A stretch of DNA of 63,640 nt, filler included, from Aduncisulcus paluster (lineage: Eukaryota), in NCBI GenBank assembly GCA_024181965.1. It is 28 parts of 28 records of this genome, joined end to end, with 100 filler letters (N's around TTAATTAATTAA, not from the genome) between each part and the next. Parts side by side here need not be neighbours in the genome. Positions count along the whole stretch, not along the records: positions 33,273 to 34,651 come from BQXS01006935.1; positions 34,752 to 36,036 come from BQXS01006959.1; positions 36,137 to 39,190 come from BQXS01006961.1; positions 39,291 to 40,528 come from BQXS01007012.1; positions 40,629 to 43,721 come from BQXS01007152.1; positions 43,822 to 58,903 come from BQXS01007192.1; 22 more parts are not named here. One strand, given 5' to 3'. A model generated the notes under the pieces. It was not told the DNA's origin, ran no database searches, and saw only the letters and a list, made by a program, of their open reading frames with translations. Both the position numbers and the translations under genes were made by a program. Of the stretch, positions 34,502-47,289 are shown piece after piece (position 1 is the stretch's first letter; every line of letters starts with the position of its first letter).

Positions 34502-34532
34502 GTTTGTCCTTTTTATTTATTTTTCTTTCTAA

Positions 34533-34651
34533 TTATATCATACATTGTTTATTAGCTAATAAATCATTTAAAATTGAATGATTTAAAGAGTAATCAACAG
34601 CTAAGTCAATAAGGTGAACACCTTTACCATTTACACACTTTTCTAAAGTTT
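34533..34651 (-). CDS. Acetolactate synthase-like TPP enzyme C-terminus
   Basis: Manual translation TLEKCVNGKGVHLIDLAVDYSLNHSILND...; this enzyme is often paired with an aldehyde dehydrogenase. Confidence 0.55.
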
Positions 34652-34751
34652 NNNNNNNNNNNNNNNNNNNNNNNNNNNNNNNNNNNNNNNNNNNNTTAAT
34701 TAATTAANNNNNNNNNNNNNNNNNNNNNNNNNNNNNNNNNNNNNNNNNNNN

Positions 34752-34850
34752 TAGTTCGTATTGTACATTAAATTTTTCTAATGTATCTGCACAGTTTTTC
34801 ATAATCTCATAATCTGATTTACTTCCCATTATAATTGAAACAAAATCCAT
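34752..34850 (-). CDS. purE: N5-CAIR mutase N-terminus
   Basis: Manual translation MDFVSIIMGSKSDYEIMKNCADTLEKFNVQYEL contains the IMGSxSD motif. Confidence 0.85.
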
Positions 34851-35026
34851 AATAATCCTTTTATTCTTAAGTATGTGATTATAACAAATAGAAACTTAAA
34901 CAGAATTATACAAATCAATCTATTTTTCCTTAAATCCATCTGAATTCATTAATAACTTTAATTAATTTAAGTAAAAAAAGATTATACTAATGTGATTTAA
35001 AATCTATATCTAAAAAGGAAAAAATA

Positions 35027-35729
35027 ATGTCTAGCAAAACAAATAGACGAGATTTTCTTGGTATGTCATTTGCAGCTGTAGCTGCAGTTGGAGGAGCAGC
35101 ANNNNNNNNNNNNNNNNNNNNNNNNNNNNNNNNNNNNNNNNNNNNNNNNNNNNNNNNNNNNNNNNNNNNNNNNNNNNNNNNNNNNNNNNNNNNNNNNNNN
35201 NNNNNNNNNNNNNNNNNNNNNNNNNNNNNNNNNNNNNNNNNNNNNNNNNNNNNNNNNNNNNNNNNNNNNNNNNNNNNNNNNNNNNNNNNNNNNNNNNNNN
35301 NNNNNNNNNNNNNNGAAACAAGCATGGGATCCGCTTCCATCTGTATTAGCAGCAGGGTTTACAACTATAGACCTAGCAGCAATTGATTTAGTTCCAGGAA
35401 AACCTCAAACATTTACATGGAGAGGGAAACCTATTTTTGTTCTTGAAAAAACAGCAGAGATGGAAAAATTTGACGGTGATTTAGTTATCGGAGATAAAAG
35501 ATACACAATTTCAATTGGACTTTGTACACACTTAGGGTGTATTCCAGCATGGAAAAAAGACAAATGGAAATGTGCATGTCACGGTGGTGAGTTTAATCCA
35601 AATGGTGAACAAATATTTGGACCACCACCAAAACCACTTAATATTCCTCCATTTAGTGTTAATGGTACAGTGCTTACTCTTGGTGAGTCTGGACCTGAAT
35701 CTAAAGCTATGATGACAGCTCGAGCATAA
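35027..35729 (+). CDS. petA: Ubiquinol-cytochrome c reductase Rieske Fe-S subunit
   Basis: Tat signal RRDFL, CTHLGC, CACHG and GPPP. Confidence 0.93.
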
Positions 35730-35738
35730 GGATAAACT

Positions 35739-36036
35739 ATGGCAGAAATTAAAGAATCGTTTTTTAGCGCAGAAGGTCTTGAAAAAAGACTAAATGGGAA
35801 AAAATTCTGGAAAGTAATGATGACAGAATATTGGATTCCAAAAGATATTAACTTCTTATGGGCAATGGGTGTAGTTTTAGCTACTACTTTTGCAATTTTA
35901 ATTATTAGTGGAATTTTCCTATTAATGTACTACAAACCAGATACAGCTTTAGCATTTGATAGTGTAAACTATACAATTATGCAAGATGTTGCTTATGGTT
36001 GGTTATTTAGACATATGCATGGTGTTGCAGCTTCGG
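35739..36036 (+). CDS. petB: Cytochrome b N-terminus
   Basis: YWIPKDINFLWAMG, GIFLLMYY and GWLFRHMHGVAAS. Confidence 0.92.
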
Positions 36037-36136
36037 NNNNNNNNNNNNNNNNNNNNNNNNNNNNNNNNNNNNNNNNNNNNTTAATTAATTAANNNNNNNN
36101 NNNNNNNNNNNNNNNNNNNNNNNNNNNNNNNNNNNN

Positions 36137-37281
36137 CTACCTGGTCGAGGCGGGGCTGCGGGCCGCGGGTCGGCGGGTTGGTCTCATCGGCACCGTCGGC
36201 GTCCGGATCGACGGCGAGGACGTACCGAGCGCGCTGACCACCCCCGAGGCACCCGCGCTGCAGGAACTGCTGGCCGAAATGGTCCAGCGCGGGGTGGACA
36301 CCGTGGTCATGGAGGTATCCAGCCACGCGTTGGCCCTCAACCGGGTGGACGGCACGCGCTTTGCGGTAGGGGCCTTCACCAACCTGTCGCGAGATCACCT
36401 GGATTTTCATCCCGACATGGAGGACTACTTCGCCACCAAGGCGCAGNNNNNNNNNNNNNNNNNNNNATTCGCCACAGCGAGCGCAGCGCTGCGTCATCTG
36501 CGTCGACGATGACGCCGGGCAGGCCATGGCCGCGCTGGCGCGCGACGCGGGCCCCGGGGTCGTCACGGTGAGCTCGCATGCCGGTGGCTCCGCGGACTGG
36601 ACCTGTTCGGGTGTGGCGGTGGGTCACGACGGCGGTCAGCGGTTCGTCGCGAATGGTCCGGCGCGCAGCATCGAACTCGCGATCGCCTTACCCGGCCACT
36701 ATAATGTGGCCAATTGTCTTGTAGCCGTGGCTATTTTGGAGATACTTGGCGTTTCTGCCGCGACCGCCGCGCCGGGGATCGCGCCCGCGGGCGTGCCGGG
36801 GCGCATGGAAGCGGTGGTCGCCGGTCAGCCGTTTCTGGCCGTCGTCGACTACGCCCACAAGCCCGGCGCGTTGCGTGCTGTTCTGGAAAGCCTGCGCACC
36901 CACCGTGGCGGTCGGCTGGCGGTGGTGTTCGGTGCGGGCGGTAACCGCGACCGCGGTAAGCGCGCCGATATGGGGGAGGTCGCCGGGGAGTTGGCCGATC
37001 TCGTGGTGGTCACCGATGACAATCCGCGAAATGAAGAACCGGCCGCGATCCGGTCCGAGATCATCTCTGGCACAGCTGGTTCGGATGCCGAGGTGATCGA
37101 AATCGGCGACCGGCGAGCCGCTATCGACTTCGCCACGCGATGGGCGCGCCCGGGGGACACCGTCCTGATCGCGGGCAAGGGGCATGAGAGCGGTCAGAAG
37201 ACGGGCGATGTGACGGTGCCCTTCGACGACCGCGTGGAGCTGCGCTCCGCCCTAGAGGCACTTGGGAGCCTGGATGATTGA
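36137..37281 (+). CDS. murE: UDP-MurNAc-dipeptide:meso-DAP ligase (partial)
   Basis: [35 protein letters not shown] and IAGKGHE. Confidence 0.95.
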
Positions 37282-37290
37282 GATGCTCCG

Positions 37291-38823
37291 ATGATCGAAC
37301 TGACCATCGCCGAGATCGTCGGTGGATACCTCCACGGGATCAGTGCGCAGGAGGCTCGACAGACGCGGGTCACCGGCACCGTCGAATTCGATTCGCGTCA
37401 GGTGACGCCCGGTGGGCTGTTCCTCGCCCTGCCTGGAGCCCGGGTCGACGGCCACGACCACGCCCAGGGTGCGGTCGCGGCCGGGGCCGTCGCGGTGCTG
37501 GCCGCCAGACCGGTCGGTGTGCCCGCCATCGTGGTGTCGCCGACCGGGGTGGCGCGGACCGAAGTTTCTGCGCTGGAACATGATTCGGATGGATCGGGCG
37601 CTGCGGTGCTGGCCGCGACGGCCGCGCTGGCAGCCGAGGTGGCCCGGCGGCTGGCGGCCCAGGGACTACGCATCGTCGGCGTGACCGGCTCGTCCGGAAA
37701 AACGTCGACGAAGGATCTCATCGCCGCGGTACTCAGCCCGCTCGGCGAGGTCGTGGCGCCTCCCGGATCCTTCAACAACGAGCTCGGTCATCCCTGGACC
37801 GTCCTTCGAGCGACGGAATCGACAAAGTTCCTGGTGCTGGAGCTTTCGGCCCGGCGTCCCGGCAATATCGCGGACCTGGCCGCCATCGCGCCGCCGTCGG
37901 TGGGTGTCGTGCTCAATGTCGGCACCGCTCATCTGGGTGAGTTCGGCTCGCGGCAGGCCATCGCCGACACCAAGGGCGAACTGCCGCAATCGCTTTCCGC
38001 TGACGGTGTGGCGGTGCTGAACGCCGATGATTCCGCGGTGGCCGCAATGGCCGCCAAGACGTCGGCCCGGGTGGTGCGCACCAGTGTGCATAATCCCGCC
38101 GATGTCTGGGCCGGCGAGGTGANNNNNNNNNNNNNNNNNNNNGTGAGCGTCGACGATCTCGCCAGGGCCCGGTTCACCCTGCATGTCGGGCCGAGCTCCG
38201 TGCCGGTTCAGCTGGCGGTGCACGGTGAGCATCAGGTGGGCAACGCGCTGGCCGCCGCCGCGGTAGCGCTGGAGTGCGGCGCCACCCTCGGGCAGGTCGC
38301 CGCCGCGCTCGCCGAGGCCGGCCCGGTCTCGCGCCGCCGCATGGAGGTCAGCACTCGACATGACGGAGTGACCGTCATCAACGACGCCTATAACGCCAAT
38401 CCGGATTCGATGATGGCAGGGCTGAAGGCGCTGGTCTCGATGGCCCGCCACGGTGCTCAGCCCCGTCGCAGCTGGGCGGTGTTGGGCGAGATGGCCGAGC
38501 TGGGTCCCGATGCGATATCCGAGCATGACCGCATCGGCCGGGCCGCCGTGCGATTAGATGTCAGTCGATTGGTAGTCGTCGGGACTGGGAGGTCACAGCG
38601 GGCAATGCATGCGGGTGCGGTGATGGAGGGGTCGTGGGGGTCCGAGGCGGTGCTGGTGGACGATCCTGCGGCAGCCGCCACACTGCTGGCCGGCGAGCTG
38701 GCCGCGGGCGATGTGGTGCTGGTCAAGGCATCGCAGTCGGCCGGGCTCTGGGTCGTGGCCGATGAGCTGCTTGCGCGAAGAGGCGACAGTTCCGATGAGC
38801 TGCTGAAGGTGGATGACGCATGA
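37291..38823 (+). CDS. murF: UDP-MurNAc-tripeptide:D-Ala-D-Ala ligase
   Basis: [34 protein letters not shown] and LGEMAELG. Confidence 0.95.
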   Translation: MIELTIAEIVGGYLHGISAQEARQTRVTGTVEFDSRQVTPGGLFLALPGARVDGHDHAQGAVAAGAVAVLAARPVGVPAIVVSPTGVARTEVSALEHDSDGSGAAVLAATAALAAEVARRLAAQGLRIVGVTGSSGKTSTKDLIAAVLSPLGEVVAPPGSFNNELGHPWTVLRATESTKFLVLELSARRPGNIADLAAIAPPSVGVVLNVGTAHLGEFGSRQAIADTKGELPQSLSADGVAVLNADDSAVAAMAAKTSARVVRTSVHNPADVWAGEVXXXXXXXVSVDDLARARFTLHVGPSSVPVQLAVHGEHQVGNALAAAAVALECGATLGQVAAALAEAGPVSRRRMEVSTRHDGVTVINDAYNANPDSMMAGLKALVSMARHGAQPRRSWAVLGEMAELGPDAISEHDRIGRAAVRLDVSRLVVVGTGRSQRAMHAGAVMEGSWGSEAVLVDDPAAAATLLAGELAAGDVVLVKASQSAGLWVVADELLARRGDSSDELLKVDDA

Positions 38824-39190
38824 GGCAGATCATCATTGCCGCCGGGATCGCGATCCTGGTCTCGATCATGCTCACGCCGGTGCTCATCCGGGTGTTCTCA
38901 CGGCAGGGCTTCGGCCAGGAGATTCGGGACGACGGCCCGCAGCATCATCAGAAGAAGCGCGGCACCCCCTCCATGGGCGGCGTCGCGATCCTGGCCGGGA
39001 TGTGGGCCGGGTACTTCGGGTCGCACCTGGTGGGCATCGCGTTCGGGTCTGACGGCCCCTCGGCGACAGGCCTGCTGGTGCTGGCACTGGCGACGATGCT
39101 CGGGGGAGTCGGGTTCATCGACGACTTCATCAAGATTCGCAAGGCGCGCAACCTCGGTCTGAACAAGACCTCCAAGACGGTCGGTCAGAT
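38820..39190 (+). CDS. mraY: Phospho-MurNAc-pentapeptide transferase (partial)
   Basis: [18 protein letters not shown] and [12 protein letters not shown] overlap with murF. Confidence 0.95.
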
Positions 39191-39290
39191 NNNNNNNNNN
39201 NNNNNNNNNNNNNNNNNNNNNNNNNNNNNNNNNNTTAATTAATTAANNNNNNNNNNNNNNNNNNNNNNNNNNNNNNNNNNNNNNNNNNNN

Positions 39291-39769
39291 CCAGCGCCGC
39301 CGGACGCGACGCATTGCCCTTTCCGGAGATGCCGAGATTGACCGGAAAGGCGTCGAACGACTGGATCATCCGCCCCATGTGCCACGGGCCGGGCGTGCAG
39401 GTGGTGGCGAAGGTGCCGTGCGACGGACCGGTGCCGCCGCCCAGCATCGAGGTGACGCCCGCCATCAGCGCGTGCTCGATCTGCTGCGGGCAGATGAAAT
39501 GGATGTGGCTGTCGAATCCACCCGCGGTAAGGATCTTGCCCTCGCCCGCGATCACGTCGGTGCCGGGGCCGATCACGATGGTGACGTTGGGCTGGNNNNN
39601 NNNNNNNNNNNNNNNNNNNNNNNNNNNNNNNNNNNNNNNNNNNNNNNNCGCCGCGATCATGCCCTCCTTGATCGCGACGTCGGCCTTGACGATGCCCCAG
39701 TGATCGACGATCAGCGCATTGGTGATGACGGTGTCGGCCGCGCCCTGCGCATTGGTCACCTGCGACTGC

Positions 39770-39804
<35 letters not shown>

Positions 39805-39939
39805 CTTCACCTCCTCGCCATAGGTGGTGAGGTCCTTCTCGACCTCGATGATCAGATCGGTGTCGGCGAGCCGCACCTTGTCGCCGGTGGTGGGGCCGAA
39901 CATGTCGGCATAGACGGAACGCTTGATCTTCACGGACAT
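39291..39939 (-). CDS. ureC: Urease alpha subunit N-terminus
   Basis: [43 protein letters not shown] and ATTCTPG. Confidence 0.96.
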
Positions 39940-40004
39940 GTCAGNNNNNNNNNNNNNNNNNNNNACATGTCAGCCCCGTTTGTGTTTGAATTGTTGACCG
40001 GCGG

Positions 40005-40528
40005 TCACAACGAGCGCCTCGCCCTTCGCACCACGTCGTCGAACTTCGTATCAAGCCAGGGATTGCCGCCACGACAGCCCGCGACCACTTGCTCGGCCCA
40101 AGCGGTGTAGTCGACCAGATCGTCGCGCTCCTCNNNNNNNNNNNNNNNNNNNNCGCGCTCCTCCGTCGTCGGATCAGAGTGAATACGCGCGCCGATATTG
40201 CTGATCTTGTCGGCAATCTTGATCAGCTTGGCGTCGGCCGACTTCTTGGGCGCGTCGACGACTTGCAGCCGCCGCCGCTCGGCCTTTGGCAGGCTCATGT
40301 CATCGGTGCATTCGATGACGAGGAGGGCCACGCGATCAGAGAACCTCGCCGAGAGCTCTTCGCGTGTGGTGTCGGTGTCCTCCATCGTATCGTGCAGCCA
40401 GCCGGCCGCAACGAGTTCGGCATCCGCACCATCGGTCGCGATCGCAAGCAGGTTCGCGACCTCGGCGAGATGGTTGATGTAGGGCTCGTTGCCCCGTCCC
40501 TTCCGCGCCATGCCGTTGTGCCGGCGTG
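40005..40528 (-). CDS. HD-domain protein, RelA/SpoT-hydrolase (Mesh1/SAH)-like
   Basis: RKG..EPYINH, AGWLHDTMEDT and KLIKIADKISN. Confidence 0.85.
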
Positions 40529-40628
40529 NNNNNNNNNNNNNNNNNNNNNNNNNNNNNNNNNNNNNNNNNNNNTTAATTAATTAANNNNNNNNNNNNNNNN
40601 NNNNNNNNNNNNNNNNNNNNNNNNNNNN

Positions 40629-43600
40629 CCACGAGCCTGGAGACGCTTACGCTGAATAACATTGACATTGCGCCGAACACTGATTTCTCGCGTCTGACGT
40701 CTCTGCGTGCATTGTACTTGACTGTTGGAGCCGTTTCTTCTGGCGACTACTGGGCGACTCAGCTGTCGTCCCTGAGTCCTCTTTTCGACTCTGACAATCA
40801 CTATGATGTGACTGTGCAAGGCATGTTCCCATCGTCCCTGACCACGCTTTCCATCTCTGGGCGCACGAACGTCACGTTCCCCGGGTTCTTTTCGAGTCTT
40901 GCCCTGTCCGATGGGTCAGCCCTCCCCGCGCTGACGACGTTGGATCTGAGTGGCACGAGCGTGTATGACTTGTCTCCTGTGCCAGCGACGGTGACGTCAT
41001 TGAATGTGATGGAAGGTTTAATTGATGGGTTGGGTTACGAGGACTCATATTTTGTCAACGATAGCCGTGATCTTGGTTCAATCCCATCCACTGTAACAGA
41101 GCTTACTATTGGAACTATACTCTATGATCTGGACTTCATCGATAACCTTCCAAATCTTGCTAGTTTGGATTTGATTGGTTGTATCATCTATGATCTTTCC
41201 AAGCTATCTCAAGTGAAGGACACGCTCGAACATTTCAGGGTGTCCTATGCCTATGTTTCCTGTCATATATCTGTCTTGTCTGAGCTGACAAATCTGAAAT
41301 ATTTGGAATTATCTGATTTTAATGTTGTTTTCCCTTCAATATTTCCTGATCTTTCCTCCCTTTCTTCTTTGACCCATCTTGATCTCAGTTATTTTTATAG
41401 TGATGATATTGACTGGGATCTGGGATGGATTTCATCCTTACAATATTTGGAGTATTTAGACCTAGATGATGCATCTGTTGATTTTGAAAGTTCATATTTA
41501 TCCAACATTGCCAATATGAAAGTTCTTAAAATATATGAAGTTGGTGATACATCCATTTCTTACTCTTTTCTCGAAAATGCTTCGAGCTTGGAATCTTTGA
41601 GCTTTGGTTGGCCATATGACGATTGCAATGACATACCTGATATGTCCAATCTGCCCAATCTCCAACAATTGACGATGAATTGTTGTTCAATTGATGACTC
41701 TGATCTCCAGAATATCGCTCAATTGGCTAATTTGGAAAGCTTAACATTGGGTTCAGATTATAATTGTAGTTACCCTTCTGACATCTCCCCCTTATCTACT
41801 CTTTCCTCTCTCAAGACTTTGAATATGGGTTATATGTATAAACTTTCCGATGTATCCATTCCTTCCCTTCCTTCCCTTGAGTATTTGAGCCTACCTAATT
41901 CTTCTTCCTCTGTTGTTCCCGATCTTTCTATTGTACCCAAGTTGCGTGTGTTTTCATGGGACGATTCTTCTATTTCAGACTTCTCCAACCTATCCACTGC
42001 TCCTACACTCCAATCAATTGTTTTCTCTGATTATAGTTTGTCTGATGCCACACAATTTTCATCTGTTCTATCCTCCATGATAAGTTTGACAGATGTTACC
42101 ATTGAAGTATCTAACCCCACCTCTTCCACATTCGATCTGGGTTCAGTTACGAGTCTAAAATATCTAAATATAAGTGGAGCTTGGATTGATATGTCTGAAG
42201 CCATTCTTCCTCCAAATGTAAGAGAGTGTATTCTAGATGGTCTTGGTATCTCCACGGCTCCAGACTTGTCATCCTTGACCAGTCTTCAGGTTCTTGATCT
42301 TGGAGACAATTCTCTATCAGATATTTCATTCCTTTCAGCCGAATCCTGTCCTTCATGCTCTTCTCTGAAGGAATTGCATCTTGATGGTAACTCTATTGAG
42401 GACATCTCTCCTCTCAGTGGGATGACATCTCTTGAATGGTTAAGTTTACGTGATAATTCTATATCTGATATCTCTCCTCTTTGCAATATTGAAGCATTGA
42501 ATTATCTCGATTTACATGACAATTGTATAAGTGATTTATCTCCACTTTCACAACATGAAAATTTATATTATCTTGATATTTCAGATAATTCTGTTTCTGA
42601 TCTCACAGTTCTTTCAAGCCTTCCAGGGTTATTGAGCTTGTTAGCGAACAGCAATGATATTACAGATATTTCCCCATTAGAATCTACTATTTCACTAAAA
42701 TATTTGGATTTAAGTTCGAATAATCTTACGGATATTGCATCGATAGAATATCTTCCGTCATTGAGTGTTTTGGATTTATCTGGTAATTTAATTTCTGATG
42801 TTTCATCCCTTTCTTCTTTAGTTTCACTCAACTTCTTGTTTTTGAACGATAACAATATTGTTGACGCATCTCCTTTATCAACACTCACCTCTCTTGTCTA
42901 TCTATTTATTTCAGATAATGAAATCGCGATATTCGACGGTTTGGGACTAAATTCCTTGAAAACTTTGGATGCATCTAACAATTATCTTTCAGATATTTCA
43001 TTCCTCAATTCCATGAATCAACTTTTGTATCTTTATATTTATAATAATGAAATTGAAGATATCTCTCCGATTATTAACTTATCCAATACTCTTTTGTATC
43101 TTGATTTAGAGGATAATATGATTGAAGACATCACACCTATTACTCATATAACCAAAGCATTTATAATTGATCTCTCTGGAAACAATATTAGTGATTTGAC
43201 TCCATTATCATCATTCCATCCGAGTTATCTTTACGATTTTGATCTTGCTTATAACAAGATCAGTGATGTTTCTCCAATTTTTGGAATCTCAAACTTACTT
43301 GAGACAATCGAACTTGATATTAATCTTTATAAAAACTACATTTGCTTTGGAAATGAAGATGAAGATGATTTGATTGAATTGTTTGAGTCCGATAACATTT
43401 CTATTTATCAAGTTGGACAAACATGCAACTGCCCTTCTCTAGACCCTGACTCTGACAGCACCATTGCAGCCATCTCTAAACGTCTTGTGTGCTCTGAGAC
43501 TGCTCCTTCCTCCAACACCTGGAATGTGACCTGCATGAGCGACTCATATTACACGTACTCTGATTCGGACACATTCACATGCACACGTTCTGCCGACTGT

Positions 43601-43721
43601 TCTGGTGGGTGTGAGTATGGCTCCGAATGCCGTGTGAACTCCGATGGCACTCATGGGTGTGCTAGTGTTGTGCCTGATGTGGGCTTGCATGGCTGTGTGT
43701 CCGACCTGATCGATGCTGCTG
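40629..43721 (+). CDS. Large internalin-like LRR protein fragment with a Cys-rich module (eukaryote)
   Basis: Dozens of 22-aa LxxLxLxxNxIxDIxPL repeats followed by a Cys-rich segment; the frame is open at both scaffold ends. Confidence 0.85.
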
Positions 43722-43821
43722 NNNNNNNNNNNNNNNNNNNNNNNNNNNNNNNNNNNNNNNNNNNNTTAATTAATTAANNNNNNNNNNNNNNNNNNNNNNN
43801 NNNNNNNNNNNNNNNNNNNNN

Positions 43822-44427
43822 ATTGGAAAACTTCACGCTTTCAGGCAAGTAGCGGCGAAGCATAGACCTGTCTCTTTGTTTGGAAAGCACATCGAGCATC
43901 CACTGGCTGTAAACGTGTCCTTTAGACGCCTCTTGATATATGCCTTCAAGAAGCTGAGCCGCATCGTGGAGGCTGGTGTAATTTTCAAGGCCCATACGGG
44001 CAGCGGCAGTATCCATCATTTTACGCTGTAGAACTGTTTGATCCCCACCAAGGCCACTTATATGTGCATTGATTTTATCCATGTTAAAAAGATCAATAAG
44101 CAGATTGGTGGCCGTGTTGTCGCTTAAAATAATCATCAGGGAAGCCATGTCATCAAGGCGCCAAGAGGGCTGATTCAGGTCGCTAAGAAGACTAAAGGAG
44201 ACCTTTTCTTCTGGGGGCACAGGCAGGATATCCTGAGGGCTGTAGAGACCTTTTTCAAAGGCATCAGCACACTTTGACAGAATAAATAGCTTTATAATAC
44301 TCGCAGACCGTACCTGCTTATGGATGTTTTTTTCATATAGGGTAGTCCCTGTACTCAGGTTTTTGAATAGGACGGACACATCAGCTGTTTGTTTGTCTAT
44401 AATACTGCTCAGTATTTCTATATTCAT
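43822..44427 (-). CDS. Class A beta-lactamase-like serine hydrolase (Firmicute-like, partial)
   Basis: SIIK (SxxK), SDN, LQRKMMD and ENYTS; AGGAGG RBS upstream of ATG 44427. Confidence 0.85.
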
Positions 44428-44482
44428 AAAGCCTCCTGTTTTGATTTAAGTCTATTTAGAAGNNNNNNNNNNNNNNNNNNNN

Positions 44483-46276
44483 AGAACGATTGTTGAAAGA
44501 AGATGGAAGTCTCCAAGTAGAAACAAATGGAAGTATTGTTGTGTCACATTCGATTGATGAGCCGCAGGCTTCTTCTCCTCTTGCAACAAACCAAACCTCA
44601 CTGATTGAATTGGTTGATGATCATTATTCCTCAACGAAGAATGCCGGAATACAGCCCAAACCAAAGAATGGTAAAAACAATGCAATTACACCTATTCCAT
44701 TGGATCGGCCTTTACCTCCAGCTCCCTCTATCCCATCTTCTCTCCCTCCGGCTCCTTCCCTTCCAAAGTCTTCCTCTGCTTATTCTGACACTGCTTATTC
44801 TGACACTGCTCATGGTGATTCTAATAATAGATCAGCTTCAATTGATCTCCCATCTGAGTCGAGTCCACTGAACACTCCCCTTTTGACTGACGAGGAGTAT
44901 CGAGCTACCATAAGCTCGATGAGTGTTATTAAGGATGGCATGTTCGATGATACTTTTCCAGAAATACATGCAGCCACCATGTCTCCCTCACAACTTACCA
45001 GAGAGCTGTATGCTGATAGTACAAACCCTAGGATGCCTTTCCACTCACATTCCTCTGATGATCTCCTCATCACAAGCTCCACCAAGCCCAACTCTGCCCA
45101 ACAACACTCACACGATACTTCCAACAACAGTAGCAGTAGCAGTAGCAGTAGAGGTGGTGCCGATAGTGGGGAACTATCACTTCGGGATCAGCTTGTGAGG
45201 GCCAAACATGCCTCTTCAACAAGACCTTCATTGATTCATGATCTTGCATCTCCAGTACAAGAAGTCAATGAAAGAGTGAAAATGACAGAGGGTGGAATGC
45301 AAGAACCTGTCGAGATCGATCTGAGTGATTTTGTTCAATCTGAGAAAGAATCAGATCTAAAAATAGATTCTTCTGAGAAAAAGAAGGGAACTATTAAGGA
45401 GAGGGCTGATGTGACTGCTGATGAAAAGGAATCACTCCTCCCCAAAAATCACCCCTCTGAAGAAGATGATGATCTAGAAGTTGTTGAAGTTGATATTGCC
45501 GGAGAAATTGAAGTTGTTTCTCAAGATATTTCTAAATCTGGTGATTCAAACAAACCAATTCTCAAGGTTGCCCATAGTCTTGAGAAAGAACAAGAAGAAC
45601 AAGAAGAAAAAGAAGAAAAAGAAGAGGAAGAAGAGGAAGAAGAGGAAGAAGAGGAAGAGGAAGAAGAAGAACCGTTCCATGACCTTTCGGATGAAGATAT
45701 TAATGCTGTTGAAGCTATGGTTAAGACGTTTGGTGTGAACAAGTCTCTCNNNNNNNNNNNNNNNNNNNNAAAGAACAAGAAGAACAAGAAGAAAAAGAAG
45801 AAAAAGAAGAGGAAGAAGAGGAAGAAGAGGAAGAAGAGGAAGAGGAAGAAGAAGAACCGTTCCATGACCTTTCGGATGAAGATATTAATGCTGTTGAAGC
45901 TATGGTTAAGACGTTTGGTGTGAACAAGTCTCTCTTAATCAGACTATTTTTAGAACGCCCCTCTAGTGCTCGTTTCAAACTGGATATTTCAACGGATGAA
46001 TTCCCTGTCTTCAGTGTTGTTGATCTCCGCGGCAAAAGTCGTGTTCCGCCATTCTCTCTCCTTGACATAGAGAGTGTTGGCTGTGGCGAGTTTGAAGCTG
46101 GGTGGAAAGATAATTATCCAGGCACCACTGCTGTATGTATCAAAGCATGTGTTGATGGTGTGATAGAAACTATGTTAATGAGCATCACAGGGGGAAGAGC
46201 GAAGATTGTTCGACAAGGCCTTGATGTCATGATAAAATATCCAAGAGAATGTGTTCTTCTCATCAATGAATTGTAG
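44483..46276 (+). CDS. Eukaryotic low-complexity protein (Ser/Pro-rich, poly-Glu) with a globular C-terminal domain
   Basis: ORFs 44490-45923 and 45902-46276 join once the gap-flanking duplication (45585-45749 / 45770-45934) is collapsed. Confidence 0.6.
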
Positions 46277-46592
46277 GATACGTACGTAGTCTGCTCCTGA
46301 CCTAATTTACAGAGAAATTGCAGATCTTGACATGTTATTCAGATTTACATATAGTATTTAGCTAGAATCTAGACAAATTTAATGAATAATTTTTATGTTA
46401 CTCTTCGATTTGTTTGAAAATTGATTTGATACTGAATGGATAGTATGAATAAAATATAAATAACGAATTCATGCTTTTGAATGCATTTTAAATATAATTT
46501 TCGAACTAATTCAATTGTGGATATTCTAACTTCCGCTGGAAGATGTTCTGATCTGTTTTGTTTCCACCATAACGCCCAGTATAAAACAAACA

Positions 46593-47117
46593 ATGAAAAT
46601 TAGAGTTGCTTATGTAATGAAAGGATTTTGTCCCGATAAAGACCATCCAACAATGACTTTCCCCATACATCCAGAAGACCCCTCTGTCATCGCGATCGAT
46701 GTAGATTCTGCAAAGGCCATAGATTTTGATGGTATAGACCATAGTTTTGGACTTTGTGGCATGTTAAAAGGAACATCAGGAGTTGAATTTACTCACTTGT
46801 CTCTAAGTTTTTTTTCTCCTGAGATTCTGAAAGGACTGTATATGAATGTAGAAAGAGATTATGGGCCGACAAGTCTCACAATTTCTTTCACACATTCAAA
46901 TGGAAATGTTTCAAAAAAAGAATATGAATTTTCAAGACCTAAGGAAGGCTTCGAATGGGGTTATCTCCCAGTTGAGCTAGAAGATGTTATAAAATGTGAT
47001 ATCGATGTTAAAGATTGTTGGGATATGCATTTTCCAAATGAATTTGAGCTTGGTAATCCATTACCCTCCATTTCTGGATTACTTGCTATCCGATCATCCA
47101 TCAAGAAGGTGAAATAG
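46593..47117 (+). CDS. Eukaryotic hypothetical beta-rich protein
   Basis: Complete 174-aa ORF with ATG and stop; no function recognised. Confidence 0.6.
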   Translation: MKIRVAYVMKGFCPDKDHPTMTFPIHPEDPSVIAIDVDSAKAIDFDGIDHSFGLCGMLKGTSGVEFTHLSLSFFSPEILKGLYMNVERDYGPTSLTISFTHSNGNVSKKEYEFSRPKEGFEWGYLPVELEDVIKCDIDVKDCWDMHFPNEFELGNPLPSISGLLAIRSSIKKVK

Positions 47118-47289
47118 ACCAATTCTAAATATAGTAATAGATCTGTTGGGAAAATAATGGTCTTTAATTCGTTAATTTATTATCACGGGTCATTTAAGTT
47201 GGAATTCGAATTCATGATTGGAAAAAGCATTTGCTAATTCAGGGGTGTTTCAATTTAACATTAAAATGAGCTTAAATCGATAACTAATC

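Noticed and set aside
45585-45934. 165-bp direct repeat including a poly-Glu tract
   Set aside because: Identical copies flank a 20-N gap, indicating unmerged overlapping contig ends; the poly-Lys and poly-Phe ORFs are shadow frames.
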